Positions 49,667 to 59,177 of a stretch of 64,000 bases of DNA are shown one piece after another (position 1 is the first letter of the stretch; each line of letters opens with the position of its first letter). This DNA is from Promethearchaeota archaeon. GTDB lineage: Archaea > Asgardarchaeota > Lokiarchaeia > Sigyniarchaeales > SOKP01. The translations under genes and the position numbers were made by a program. The notes below the pieces were generated by a model. The model did not search any database and was not told the DNA's origin. It saw only the letters and a program-made list of their open reading frames with translations. The DNA is taken from contig JAEOTZ010000017.1 of NCBI GenBank assembly GCA_016839585.1, forward strand, positions 1-64,000, written 5' to 3'.

Positions 49667-52600
49667 TTACTTCTCCCTTCTTCTAAGTTTTTTAACGATT
49701 AATGGAATTGATATTACGGCAATTATTCCCGCTATACTGGTTCCTATAATTATCGGCAACAGATTTGGTTGTTTTGTTGTTTTTACTTCTTTAACTGTTA
49801 TGGCTATTGTATCAGCAATAGAATTTCCATACGCGTCAGTAAAATTGATAGTAAAGATGTATTCGCCTGAAGATAGACCTTCTGGAATGATATAGACAAT
49901 CGCCACTCCGCTTGACCAAGAAGCTGGACCTGCTACGATACCAGACCCTTGAAGCTCAATCGTATAGGTATTTGGATGAGGATCTGTTGCCGTCCATGAG
50001 ATATTTACTCCAGAATAGCCGTAATCAACCGTAAAATCACTTGGGGCATCTGTTATTACCGGATCTATCGTATCTTCAATAGTCATAGTGACTGTATGAG
50101 TAGCAAAGTTACCATAGTTGTCTGTAAAGTTAACGGTATAGATGTACTCGCCTACATTTAAACCATCTGGGATGGTATAGTTGATTGGAGTATTACTAAG
50201 CCATGAATCTGGACCTGCTACGATACCAAATCCTTGAAGCTCAATTAAATAAGTATTTGGATGTGGATCAGTTGCAGTCCAAGAAATACTTATCCCTGTG
50301 TATCCGAACTCGATATTAAAGTCGCTTGGGGTATCTGTTATTGTCGGACCTATTGTATCATCAATAGTCATAATAACTGTATCAGTAGCAAATTGACCAT
50401 AACTATCAGTAAAGTTAATGGTATAGATATATACACCCACATCTAAACCATCTGGGATGGTATAGTTGATTGGAGTATTGTTAGACCATGAATCTGGACC
50501 TGCTACGATACCACTTCCTTGAAGTTCAATGGTGTAAATGTGTGAATGTAGATCTGTTGCAGTCCAAGAAATATTTATCCCTGTGTACCCAAACTCGATG
50601 TTAAAGTCGCTTGGGGCATCAATTATTATCGGATCTAAGGTATCAGATATCTCATCTGTAAATTTAGGTCTTAAAAAGTCTTTTCCAGCAAGACCTTGCC
50701 ATAATACCTCTTCTCCAGAAGTAGTAGGATTGAGAGCATATATCTTATTATCATCACTCCCTACAATTATTTCAAGCTTTCCATCTCCATCCACATCTCC
50801 CAGAGCAGGTGAGGAAATTATATTTCCTCCCAACTGATAGTTCCAAGCTTTAGTTCCATCTTCGCCGTTTATTGCATATATATTATCATCATAACTTCCT
50901 ACTATTACTTCAAATTTTCCATCACCATCGATATCGCCTATTGCAGGAGATGAATACACTTGATCTCCCGTTTGAAAGTTCCAAGTTTCAGTTCCATCTT
51001 CGCCGTTTATTGCATATATCTTATTATCATAACTTCCTACTACTACTTCAAACCTTCTATCACCATCAATATCAGCTATTGCAGGAGATGACATTATCCT
51101 ACTTGCTGTCGTATAATTCCAAATTTCAGTTCCATCCTTGCCGTTTATTGCATATATTTTGCCGTTATAACTCCCTACTACTACTTCAAACTTTCCATCT
51201 CCATCCACATCGCCTATTGCTGGAGAAGAATAGATATCATCTCCAGTGTTATATTTCCACCTAAGAGATCCACTCTCTCCATTTAATGCATATAAATAGT
51301 GATCACCACTTCCAATAACTACCTCAAGCTTTCCATCACCATCCACATCTCCCAGAGCAGGCGAAGAAATGATAATGTAATTCGTCTTATGACTCCATAA
51401 TACACCTCCATTCTCTCCATTTAGGGCAAATATTCTACCATCATAGGTATTACCAAAGATTACCTCAAGCTTTCCATCCCCATCCACATCTCCCAGAGCA
51501 GGTGAAGAATCTACATCACTTTGAGTATCAAACTGCCATATCAGGTTCCCATTTTCACCATTTAGAGCATATAAATAATTATCGTCACTTCCCACTACGA
51601 CCTCAAGTTTACCATCCCCATCAATATCTCCAAGAGCAGGTGAACATGAAATACTACTCCCAGTTGCGTAATTCCATAGCTCAGTTCCATCTTCACTATT
51701 TAGAGCATACACCTTGTCATCATGGCTTCCGATTATAACTTCGAGTTTCCCATCCTCGTCTATATCTCCTAATGCTGAAGAGGAAGTTATATCGTCTCCT
51801 GTTGGGTAATTCCATAATTCTGAAACCAATGGAAAGGACTTCATTCTGTAAAAGTCAGTGCCGGCTAATCCTTGCCATACGATTTTTTCTCCAGAAGGAG
51901 TAGATTTTATTGCATATACTTTATAATCATAGCATCCTATTACTACCTCAAGAGTCCCATCTCCATCCAAATCACCTAATGATGGAGAAGACCTAACTAA
52001 CCCACCCGTCTGGTATGACCAAGATATACTTCCATCCTTACCATTAATTGCATACACTTTTCGGTCATCGCTTCCAATCACTACTTCGAGCTTTCCATCA
52101 CCATCCACATCACCTATCGCAGGAGAAGACCATACTTGGTTTCCTGTTGAGATTTTCCATTCGACACTTCCATCTTCTCCGTTGAATACGTACACATAAT
52201 TATCAGTATTTCCAATGCCTGACTCAGTACTTCCAACCACTACTTCTAGTTTTCCATCACCGTCCACATCACCTAAAGCAGGCGAAGACCATACAATTGA
52301 CGCTTCTGTGGCGCGCCACCATGCAGTAGTACCGTCTTCTCCATTTAGAGCATAAACTCTGGAATTTGAAGTTCCGAATACCACTTCAAGCTTTCCATCC
52401 CCATCTATATCTCCTATAGCTGGAGATGAGAAGCAGTTAAGGTTTCTAGACCATACAGGGGTTCCATCCTCACCGTTAAATACATAAGTACCCGCAACGA
52501 CCTCGAGTTTTCCATCACCGTCCACATCGCCCAATGAGGGAGAATATGCTGCACCACCTAAATATTCCCATAGCACACTTCCATTTTCACCGTGTAATAC

Positions 52601-53158
52601 TTTTATGTTTCCAGTACTTCCAGAAAACAAAATATGTACTACTACTTCAAGTTCCTCATCTCCATTTACGTCGCCCAGAACAATAGGATTATCTACAACA
52701 CCGCCAAATTTTGTTGTCCATTCAGTATTTCCAGTCAGACTATTCAAAGAATAAACATGTTGATTCGTACTTCCTATTAATACTTCCAAATATCCATCAT
52801 CATCAACATCGCCTATTGCAGGAGATGAGTGTATACTATCCCAACCATCTCCCGTTTTATGATCCCACATCAGGCTTCCAGATTCACCACTTAGGGCATA
52901 TATAGTACTATTATGACTTCCGAAGAACACTTCAAGCTTCCCATCGTGATCTACATCAAATAGTGCAGGGTTACAATATACTTGATCATCAGCTTGAAAA
53001 CTCCATAATAACGAGGCTGTTGCTGAAGTATTCAATTCGCTTTCCATAGTATTAAAGTGGTTTTCCATTTTCGTATCTTGAATAACTGTTGTTGCTGCAA
53101 AAATAGTTCCTAAAATCAGTACTATAATAACAATTTTTGGGTTTATGATTTTTTTCAT
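49667..53158 (-). CDS. Surface protein: two 8-repeat FG-GAP/PQQ-like propellers, three Ig-like repeats, TM anchor
   Basis: 16 SSPA.GD.DGDG.LEVV.G repeats in two sets of 8, each followed by WQGLAG.DF.R; three ~90-aa PSDF..GY...SWTATD repeats; TM + KKLRRREK; likely start 53158 (track start 53167). Confidence 0.9.
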   Translation of the reverse strand: MKKIINPKIVIIVLILGTIFAATTVIQDTKMENHFNTMESELNTSATASLLWSFQADDQVYCNPALFDVDHDGKLEVFFGSHNSTIYALSGESGSLMWDHKTGDGWDSIHSSPAIGDVDDDGYLEVLIGSTNQHVYSLNSLTGNTEWTTKFGGVVDNPIVLGDVNGDEELEVVVHILFSGSTGNIKVLHGENGSVLWEYLGGAAYSPSLGDVDGDGKLEVVAGTYVFNGEDGTPVWSRNLNCFSSPAIGDIDGDGKLEVVFGTSNSRVYALNGEDGTTAWWRATEASIVWSSPALGDVDGDGKLEVVVGSTESGIGNTDNYVYVFNGEDGSVEWKISTGNQVWSSPAIGDVDGDGKLEVVIGSDDRKVYAINGKDGSISWSYQTGGLVRSSPSLGDLDGDGTLEVVIGCYDYKVYAIKSTPSGEKIVWQGLAGTDFYRMKSFPLVSELWNYPTGDDITSSSALGDIDEDGKLEVIIGSHDDKVYALNSEDGTELWNYATGSSISCSPALGDIDGDGKLEVVVGSDDNYLYALNGENGNLIWQFDTQSDVDSSPALGDVDGDGKLEVIFGNTYDGRIFALNGENGGVLWSHKTNYIIISSPALGDVDGDGKLEVVIGSGDHYLYALNGESGSLRWKYNTGDDIYSSPAIGDVDGDGKFEVVVGSYNGKIYAINGKDGTEIWNYTTASRIMSSPAIADIDGDRRFEVVVGSYDNKIYAINGEDGTETWNFQTGDQVYSSPAIGDIDGDGKFEVIVGSYDDNIYAINGEDGTKAWNYQLGGNIISSPALGDVDGDGKLEIIVGSDDNKIYALNPTTSGEEVLWQGLAGKDFLRPKFTDEISDTLDPIIIDAPSDFNIEFGYTGINISWTATDLHSHIYTIELQGSGIVAGPDSWSNNTPINYTIPDGLDVGVYIYTINFTDSYGQFATDTVIMTIDDTIGPTITDTPSDFNIEFGYTGISISWTATDPHPNTYLIELQGFGIVAGPDSWLSNTPINYTIPDGLNVGEYIYTVNFTDNYGNFATHTVTMTIEDTIDPVITDAPSDFTVDYGYSGVNISWTATDPHPNTYTIELQGSGIVAGPASWSSGVAIVYIIPEGLSSGEYIFTINFTDAYGNSIADTIAITVKEVKTTKQPNLLPIIIGTSIAGIIAVISIPLIVKKLRRREK

Positions 53159-53264
53159 ATTTTTCACTTCCTTTGTTTTATAAATTATTTTTTTTAGATT
53201 TTGACAATTTTATATAATTGGAAAAAAAAATTTGATTGTTATATTTAAAGAAAAAAGAGTATTT

Positions 53265-53363
53265 TCCTAATGTACGATGCCATTCGTATGTATATGTTAT
53301 CCTTATCCCCTCTTTACCTTTTTTTAGTTTTCGTATTTATTTTTCCCTTCTCCTAAGTTTTTT
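53265..53363 (-). pseudogene. Intergenic gene relics (surface-protein tail and SBBP head)
   Basis: 53337-53363 encodes KKLRRREK*, identical to the FG-GAP protein end; 53265-53300 encodes ITYTYEWHRTLG, similar to ISHEYEWHRTWG of the neighbouring SBBP gene. Confidence 0.65.
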
Positions 53364-53398
53364 ATTAGAATATAATATCTTTCAAATTTTATTGGGAT

Positions 53399-55282
53399 TT
53401 AGCTCATCCTTCTTTTTCTAATATATACTACAACTGCAACGCCAATCACTGCTCCTCCACCAACAGTCGTTGTTAGAATTATTAATTCGAAAGGAATTTC
53501 TGGTTCTTCATTTTTCTTTACTTTTTCTATAATTACTTCACTATGCCCAATATTTCCTACGAGGTCTTTAGCCCAAAACTCCATTGATATGCTACCATAT
53601 GAAGCAGCTTCCCATGCAGTTTGATTTATTGTCCCTGTCTCGTGAATAATACTGAAGTTAGTAATACCATTATCAATAGTATACCATATTGAATCCAAAT
53701 TTGGTTCTATGAGTGAGATATCATAATTAGGAGCGTCATCACTGAATTTTTCTCCTTGAGAGGGTTTATTTATAGTAATTTTAGGGTCATCAATATCTTT
53801 AAAGATTGTAACCTCAGCATGTCCTTTTTTACTAAAGGTATTATTCGCCCAAAATGTAATATTTATCCAACTAGTTCCTTCTTTTTCCCATTCTGTTTGG
53901 TTTATTGTTCCAATCAGTCCACTAAATATAATATTAGATAATCCATCATCTAACGTATACCATGTAGAATCTAAATTTGGTTCAAGAACAGAAATATTGA
54001 AAGTTGGTGCTAAAATTCCAAATAACTCATTTTGTTGTGGCGAATTAATTACAACTTCTGGAATCTTACAATACTTCACCAAAGCAATATCTTCAAGACC
54101 AACTTCTGTTATTCCCCCGAAATACACATTTTCTGATGAATCCAATGCTATTCCAAAACCCATATCTCTTAAACTTCCGCCCCATGTGTAATACCATTGC
54201 TCCTCACCAAGAGAATTATATTTCACGAGAGTCATGTCAAACAATCCCGTACCAAAACCAACTGTTGTCCCTGCAAAGTAAATATTATCCGAAGAATCCA
54301 CCGCTATTCTGTTACCATAATCGGTACTAATTCCGCCCCATGTACGATACCACTGCTGCACACCAGTACTATCATATTTAAGTAAAACCATATCGCTATC
54401 TCCCGCTCCAAAACTTCTTGTTCTTCCTGATACATACATGTTATCAGATGAATCTACAGCCACACCCAAACCATAATCCCAATTACTTCCGCCCCATGTT
54501 TTATTCCATTGCAGTATTCCAGCACTATCATATTTCTCCAAAAGTATGTCTTTAAGTCCTGCTCCAAAATATGTGTCTCCTACAAGATAAATATTACCTA
54601 ATGAATCCAAAGCTAATGACGTACCGAGACTTCCAATTTCACTCTCGGTATTAATCCACTGTAGTACCCCAAAACTGTCATATTTCACTAGAACAACGTT
54701 ACCGAAGCTCTCTGTATATCCCGTAATATACACATTATTTGCTGTATCTACAGTTATCCCCAAACCTTCATCATCTTCAGTCCCACCCCATGTGCGATTC
54801 CACTGTTGTACTCCGTCACTATCGTATTTCACTAGAACAATATCAGAACCTCCTGCGGTGTAACTTTGGGTGTTCCCTACAAGATAAATAAAGTTTGTTG
54901 AATCAACAGCTAAATCCGCACCATAATCGTAATTTACTCCACCCCATGTACGATACCACTGCTGCACTCCAGCATTATTAAATTTCACCAGAACAATATC
55001 AGTCCCACCTGCCCCGTAACTCTCTGTGTATCCCACAACATATATATTATCTAACGAATCTATTGCAACTCTACCACCAATATCACTTAAACCACCACCC
55101 CAGGTACGATGCCACTCATATTCATGTGAAATGCTTGTAGATGATTTAATTTTAATGTTTCTATTATCTTCATCACTTTGTCGATTAGAAATAATATTTT
55201 TTCCCTGGAATATAAAGCTAAAACACAGAATTAAAATAAATACCGCTAAATATGTTTTTTTCATTGAGTACTTTTTTTTCAT
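53399..55282 (-). CDS. Secreted SBBP beta-propeller + two Ig-like domains + TM anchor
   Basis: W.RTWGG repeats; two EPNLDS.WYT.D.G...GTINQT.WE...FWA units; TM + RKRR; likely start 55282 (track start 55306). Confidence 0.88.
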   Translation of the reverse strand: MKKKYSMKKTYLAVFILILCFSFIFQGKNIISNRQSDEDNRNIKIKSSTSISHEYEWHRTWGGGLSDIGGRVAIDSLDNIYVVGYTESYGAGGTDIVLVKFNNAGVQQWYRTWGGVNYDYGADLAVDSTNFIYLVGNTQSYTAGGSDIVLVKYDSDGVQQWNRTWGGTEDDEGLGITVDTANNVYITGYTESFGNVVLVKYDSFGVLQWINTESEIGSLGTSLALDSLGNIYLVGDTYFGAGLKDILLEKYDSAGILQWNKTWGGSNWDYGLGVAVDSSDNMYVSGRTRSFGAGDSDMVLLKYDSTGVQQWYRTWGGISTDYGNRIAVDSSDNIYFAGTTVGFGTGLFDMTLVKYNSLGEEQWYYTWGGSLRDMGFGIALDSSENVYFGGITEVGLEDIALVKYCKIPEVVINSPQQNELFGILAPTFNISVLEPNLDSTWYTLDDGLSNIIFSGLIGTINQTEWEKEGTSWINITFWANNTFSKKGHAEVTIFKDIDDPKITINKPSQGEKFSDDAPNYDISLIEPNLDSIWYTIDNGITNFSIIHETGTINQTAWEAASYGSISMEFWAKDLVGNIGHSEVIIEKVKKNEEPEIPFELIILTTTVGGGAVIGVAVVVYIRKRRMS

Positions 55283-55355
55283 ATTTTTCACTTGTTTTGT
55301 TTTCAAAATTGATTTTTATTAGATTTTGACAATTAGAGATTAATTCTCCTAATTA

Positions 55356-55386
55356 TTAAATCAATAAGGAACGATTTTTTACAATT
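55356..55386 (+). repeat. 31-bp direct repeat, right copy
   Basis: Identical to 47009-47039. Confidence 0.88.
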
Positions 55387-55489
55387 ATATAAAAATGCTT
55401 ATATAAGTTTGTATAATAATAAGATATAACAAAATTTAGATCTCTAAGACGAAAAAGAGAAGATAAATCCAAAAAACCTCACATGAAGT

Positions 55490-56218
55490 ATGAACCAAGT
55501 ATCTGTCATCTCTAACATTAGCTTAAAGCACCCAAATGTTCAGGGAGTAATAGAAATTGCCGAGGAAATTGTTGCAGAAAATAGAGTAGTAACTTTAGAT
55601 AATTTATATTACAGGGCAAAAAGAAAGTTAAAAATTCCCCGTAGAGGTTTAAAGTCTATAATCCAATACCTAGTTAATAAGAAAGTGTTGGTTGACCAAT
55701 CAAGATTTACAAGAAATTCTATTTTATCACACCCTCTTAGAGAGGAAATTTATTATTTTATAAGAGATAATCTAGGAGTTCATTTATCAACTATTCGAAG
55801 ACACTTCCAATCTGAGAACACGGGAACAGGTCAATTAGTTTGGCATTTAGATATGTTATTAAAATTTAATTATGTAAAGTCGATAAAATTGAAGAATTAT
55901 TTACTCTTTCTTCCCAAAGATATTGATGATGAAGCTGGTATCATCTATTTTTTTCTTAGAGATGATTTAAATTTTAGAATTGTTAAGTTATTATTAGAAA
56001 AAAAAGAATTAAAGAGAGCAGATATATATAAGAACTTAGCAGAATCTCGAGAATTAGTGTATTATCATCTAAATAATCTAATAGATGATAAGGTGATTGA
56101 ACTTAAGGAAGATAAATTCGTCTGTATTAATCCTAAGAAAGTATTATTAATTGAATCCATTATTAAAGATTTAGAGAATATATCAAAAGATAAACTTATA
56201 ACCAACAAATTGAAGTGA
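55490..56218 (+). CDS. Tandem winged-helix transcriptional regulator
   Basis: R.EIYYFI..N.GVHLS.IRR...GQLVWHL..L and second wHTH SRELVYYHLNNL. Confidence 0.8.
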   Translation: MNQVSVISNISLKHPNVQGVIEIAEEIVAENRVVTLDNLYYRAKRKLKIPRRGLKSIIQYLVNKKVLVDQSRFTRNSILSHPLREEIYYFIRDNLGVHLSTIRRHFQSENTGTGQLVWHLDMLLKFNYVKSIKLKNYLLFLPKDIDDEAGIIYFFLRDDLNFRIVKLLLEKKELKRADIYKNLAESRELVYYHLNNLIDDKVIELKEDKFVCINPKKVLLIESIIKDLENISKDKLITNKLK

Positions 56219-56224
56219 ATAAAA

Positions 56225-57526
56225 ATGGCATTAAATTGGACACCAGAAGTCATTGCTGGATTTATTAACACAGGTATATTACTATTTTGTGCTACGCTTA
56301 CATACACATCACCGAAGACAAAGAAGATCATCTCAGTTGCATACATTAGAATGGCATGGATCTTTCTTTCCCTGTTTTTTTTATTTGAAGGAGTTTCAAT
56401 TCTCACGTTAAGTTTAGCAATAACAAGATTTTATACCCTCTTCATGGCAGCAGGAATTATTTTCTTTTTAATGGGGATAAACTATACTATGAAAGAGCGT
56501 CTATATTCAATCGGTCTAATGGTTGTAGTTATATTATCGCTATCGCTATTATACCTCCCATTTCAAACCGAGGTTGCAGATATCATAATTGAAGGAGGAT
56601 ATAATACCACAGATCTTCTTGGTATTTACAGTATTATTAGCGACTTATTATTTTTAATTGTAGCCATTTATCTTTTTGTTTGGGCGATAAAGACATGGAG
56701 AAATGCCCCTTTCTTAATAAAGACAGAAGCCACAATATTTTTCTTGGCATTAACTATATCATCAGTAATTATGATGATTGTTTATCTTTTTTATTATTTC
56801 AATCCTATGTTTATTTTAATATCGGATCTTATATTCGCGGTTGGTATCTTTGCATTTACCTATTCAGTCATAAGAGAACCAAAGCTACTTTATATCTTAC
56901 CGTTTGAAATTAGTCGAATTGTAGTAAAAGACAGGGATGGCTTTCCTTTATTCGATCATGATTGGTCAGAATCGAAAATTAGTGAGTCTATGTTTACTGG
57001 TTTTATTAATGCGGTACAACTAATGAGTGAGGAGGTTATACATAAAGGTGGTGTATTAGATATAGTTTTAACTGATGGTATTCTAATACTACGAGAATCA
57101 AGATATATTACTGTAGGTTTAGTCGCGTCCAAATCATCTAAGTTATTGAGAACTTCATTAATTAATTTTGCTAATGAGTTTGAGGAAAAGTTTTCAAAGT
57201 TATTAAAAACTTCATGTAGAAACATAGAAGAGTATGATGGAGCATATGAACTTCTCGATAAGTATTTCTCAAACTTTCCATCCAAATTAATATCTAGTAA
57301 AAAGGATGCTTTATATTTAATTGCGAAATATAAAGAAATTCCACTTGAATTAGAAAATAAGTTAAGAGGTCTTATTACAGACGAGACTGACTTTGAGAAG
57401 ATTAAAGAAGAGTTTAGGAAATTTCCTAAAGGTGTTCCATACCACTTCATGAATTTTTATGAAAATAACAAGGATACATTAGCATTCAGGGATGAAAAAG
57501 AATTATCCGATAAAACTCAAGAATAA
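56225..57526 (+). CDS. 7TM receptor-like protein with C-terminal longin domain
   Basis: Seven TM helices, then RIVVKDRDGFPLF...MFTGFINAVQLMSEE...F.NEFEEKF longin pattern. Confidence 0.75.
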   Translation: MALNWTPEVIAGFINTGILLFCATLTYTSPKTKKIISVAYIRMAWIFLSLFFLFEGVSILTLSLAITRFYTLFMAAGIIFFLMGINYTMKERLYSIGLMVVVILSLSLLYLPFQTEVADIIIEGGYNTTDLLGIYSIISDLLFLIVAIYLFVWAIKTWRNAPFLIKTEATIFFLALTISSVIMMIVYLFYYFNPMFILISDLIFAVGIFAFTYSVIREPKLLYILPFEISRIVVKDRDGFPLFDHDWSESKISESMFTGFINAVQLMSEEVIHKGGVLDIVLTDGILILRESRYITVGLVASKSSKLLRTSLINFANEFEEKFSKLLKTSCRNIEEYDGAYELLDKYFSNFPSKLISSKKDALYLIAKYKEIPLELENKLRGLITDETDFEKIKEEFRKFPKGVPYHFMNFYENNKDTLAFRDEKELSDKTQE

Positions 57527-57674
57527 ATATAGCTTGAATGAACTCGAAAAAGTTGATTTCATTTATTGAAAATTAGGGAATCATTAATCTTATAATCCTT
57601 TTATTGTCTAACATCCATTATATTGTTATGTAACAAAGATTTAAAAATCTAATAAAATAAAAATAAAGAGGTTT

Positions 57675-57948
57675 ATGTATAAAATGGGTATTATTGAAAG
57701 AACGTTAAAAAGAGCAGTTTTTGACTAGGTTTTATATTTTTCATGCATATGATCTAGATCAAGGCATTTTAGAATCAGGTGCACTTGCAGCAATTATTTT
57801 CCTTCCATTACTCCATTTCATTCTAATGATCCTTTTTACTCCTGCTATAATCATTTTTAATAGTACAAGTGAAAAAAGGCAGCAGAATTTGTTAGAATTA
57901 GCAAAAGAATTGCAAATTAATCAAGATCTTAAAGAGCTACTAATATAA
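57675..57948 (+). pseudogene. Small membrane protein, possibly frameshifted
   Basis: GAGGT + ATG 57675 frame stops at 57728; the TM-encoding frame (track 57721..57948) is offset by +1 across a T5 run. Confidence 0.35.
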
Positions 57949-57994
57949 AATAGTTTATCAAAAAATTATTAACTCTTAATTATTTCTTTTTTTT

Positions 57995-59044
57995 TTATAA
58001 ATCATCCTTTAATGATTCATATAAAGCTTTGGCAATGTTATAAAAAGCTTGTTCAACATTTTCTCCTGTTAAGGCTGAAGTTTCTATATATTTAAGGTTC
58101 AAATTTCTTGCTATCTTATTTGCTTGTTCAAACCCAACAATTTTTTCATTAATTAAATCACTCTTATTACCGATTATAAATCCTATAATTTCTCTTGTCT
58201 TTTTCAATTGACTTTCAATATCTTGATACCATCTTGGAATGCTATCAAAAGATTTAGAGTTAGTTAAGTCAAATATTAGGAAAACAGCGTCTGTTCCGAG
58301 ATAAAACTGGCGCCTCATGGTTTCAAACTTTATCTGCCCAGCAATGTCCCAAATCACCAATTGAACAACAGAATCATCGATTTTAAAGGTTCGATCTGAA
58401 ACCACGACTCCTAATGTTGGAATGTACCTTCTTCTAAACGCTTTTTTAGTAAATCTTAAAATTAAAGAAGTTTTACCAACACCAGGATCTCCACAAATGC
58501 TTATCTTAAATTTGTAATCAATAAATTCAGAAGTTTTTCTTGATATTTCAGGAAAAGCTTCCATATCTGGAGCAGAAGTTTCTTTTACTTTCAACTCATA
58601 TAATACATTTAATATAACTCTTTCAAGTGTTTTTATCTCGTTTATAATATATTTCATATCTGCTTTTGATTTTTCTAACATAATGATTTTTGCAGTAATT
58701 TCATTAAAAATTAACTCAAGATTATTCTTATATTTATAAAATATAACGTCATCAACATTTTTAAAAAGTACAGTAATAGCAGATTGACCAATATTACCTC
58801 TACGAGATTCATCCTCCCATATTATATATTTAATCAATCCCTTTAAATTTAGTGAAGGAAATGGAAGAATTACGAGAGATTCTGGAACCAGACCATGTTC
58901 ACCAGAAAGAATTGTAATAACTTTTATACTGATATGCATTTGATTTTCAAGAGAAAACTCAGAAGGAAGACAAACAATAGGATTTGGTCCGAGTTCATCG
59001 TTAAGCTCGATATATAAAACCGCAGTTATGATATCTTCTTCCAT
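57995..59044 (-). CDS. uDENN/NPRL2-like longin domain fused to a Rab-like GTPase (paralog)
   Basis: ITAVLYIELNDELGPNPIV..P; GDPGVGKTS, WDIAGQ, GNKSD, ETSA. Confidence 0.87.
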   Translation of the reverse strand: MEEDIITAVLYIELNDELGPNPIVCLPSEFSLENQMHISIKVITILSGEHGLVPESLVILPFPSLNLKGLIKYIIWEDESRRGNIGQSAITVLFKNVDDVIFYKYKNNLELIFNEITAKIIMLEKSKADMKYIINEIKTLERVILNVLYELKVKETSAPDMEAFPEISRKTSEFIDYKFKISICGDPGVGKTSLILRFTKKAFRRRYIPTLGVVVSDRTFKIDDSVVQLVIWDIAGQIKFETMRRQFYLGTDAVFLIFDLTNSKSFDSIPRWYQDIESQLKKTREIIGFIIGNKSDLINEKIVGFEQANKIARNLNLKYIETSALTGENVEQAFYNIAKALYESLKDDL

Positions 59045-59177
59045 TTTAGATTTTCTCCATTTATAGCTCTTTATGAAAGGATTATTTTAATTAAAAAAAA
59101 TCGTTATTCAATCATATTTTGTATTTTCGCTTTTTTATTTTTTATTGATCGAATTACTTAGAAATATTATTAAAATC

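Larger units (their letters stand above)
47040..55355. mobile_element. Direct-repeat-bounded genomic island of surface-protein genes
   Basis: Flanked by the 31-bp repeat; four co-oriented secreted/membrane genes; visibly more G+C in the propeller genes; gene relics; no integrase. Confidence 0.6.

Noticed and set aside
47500-55100. Periodic DNA repeats as a CRISPR array or DGR template/variable repeats
   Set aside because: The repeats are in-frame propeller blades inside ORFs. The mismatches checked are synonymous rather than adenine-specific, and there is no reverse transcriptase or cas gene.
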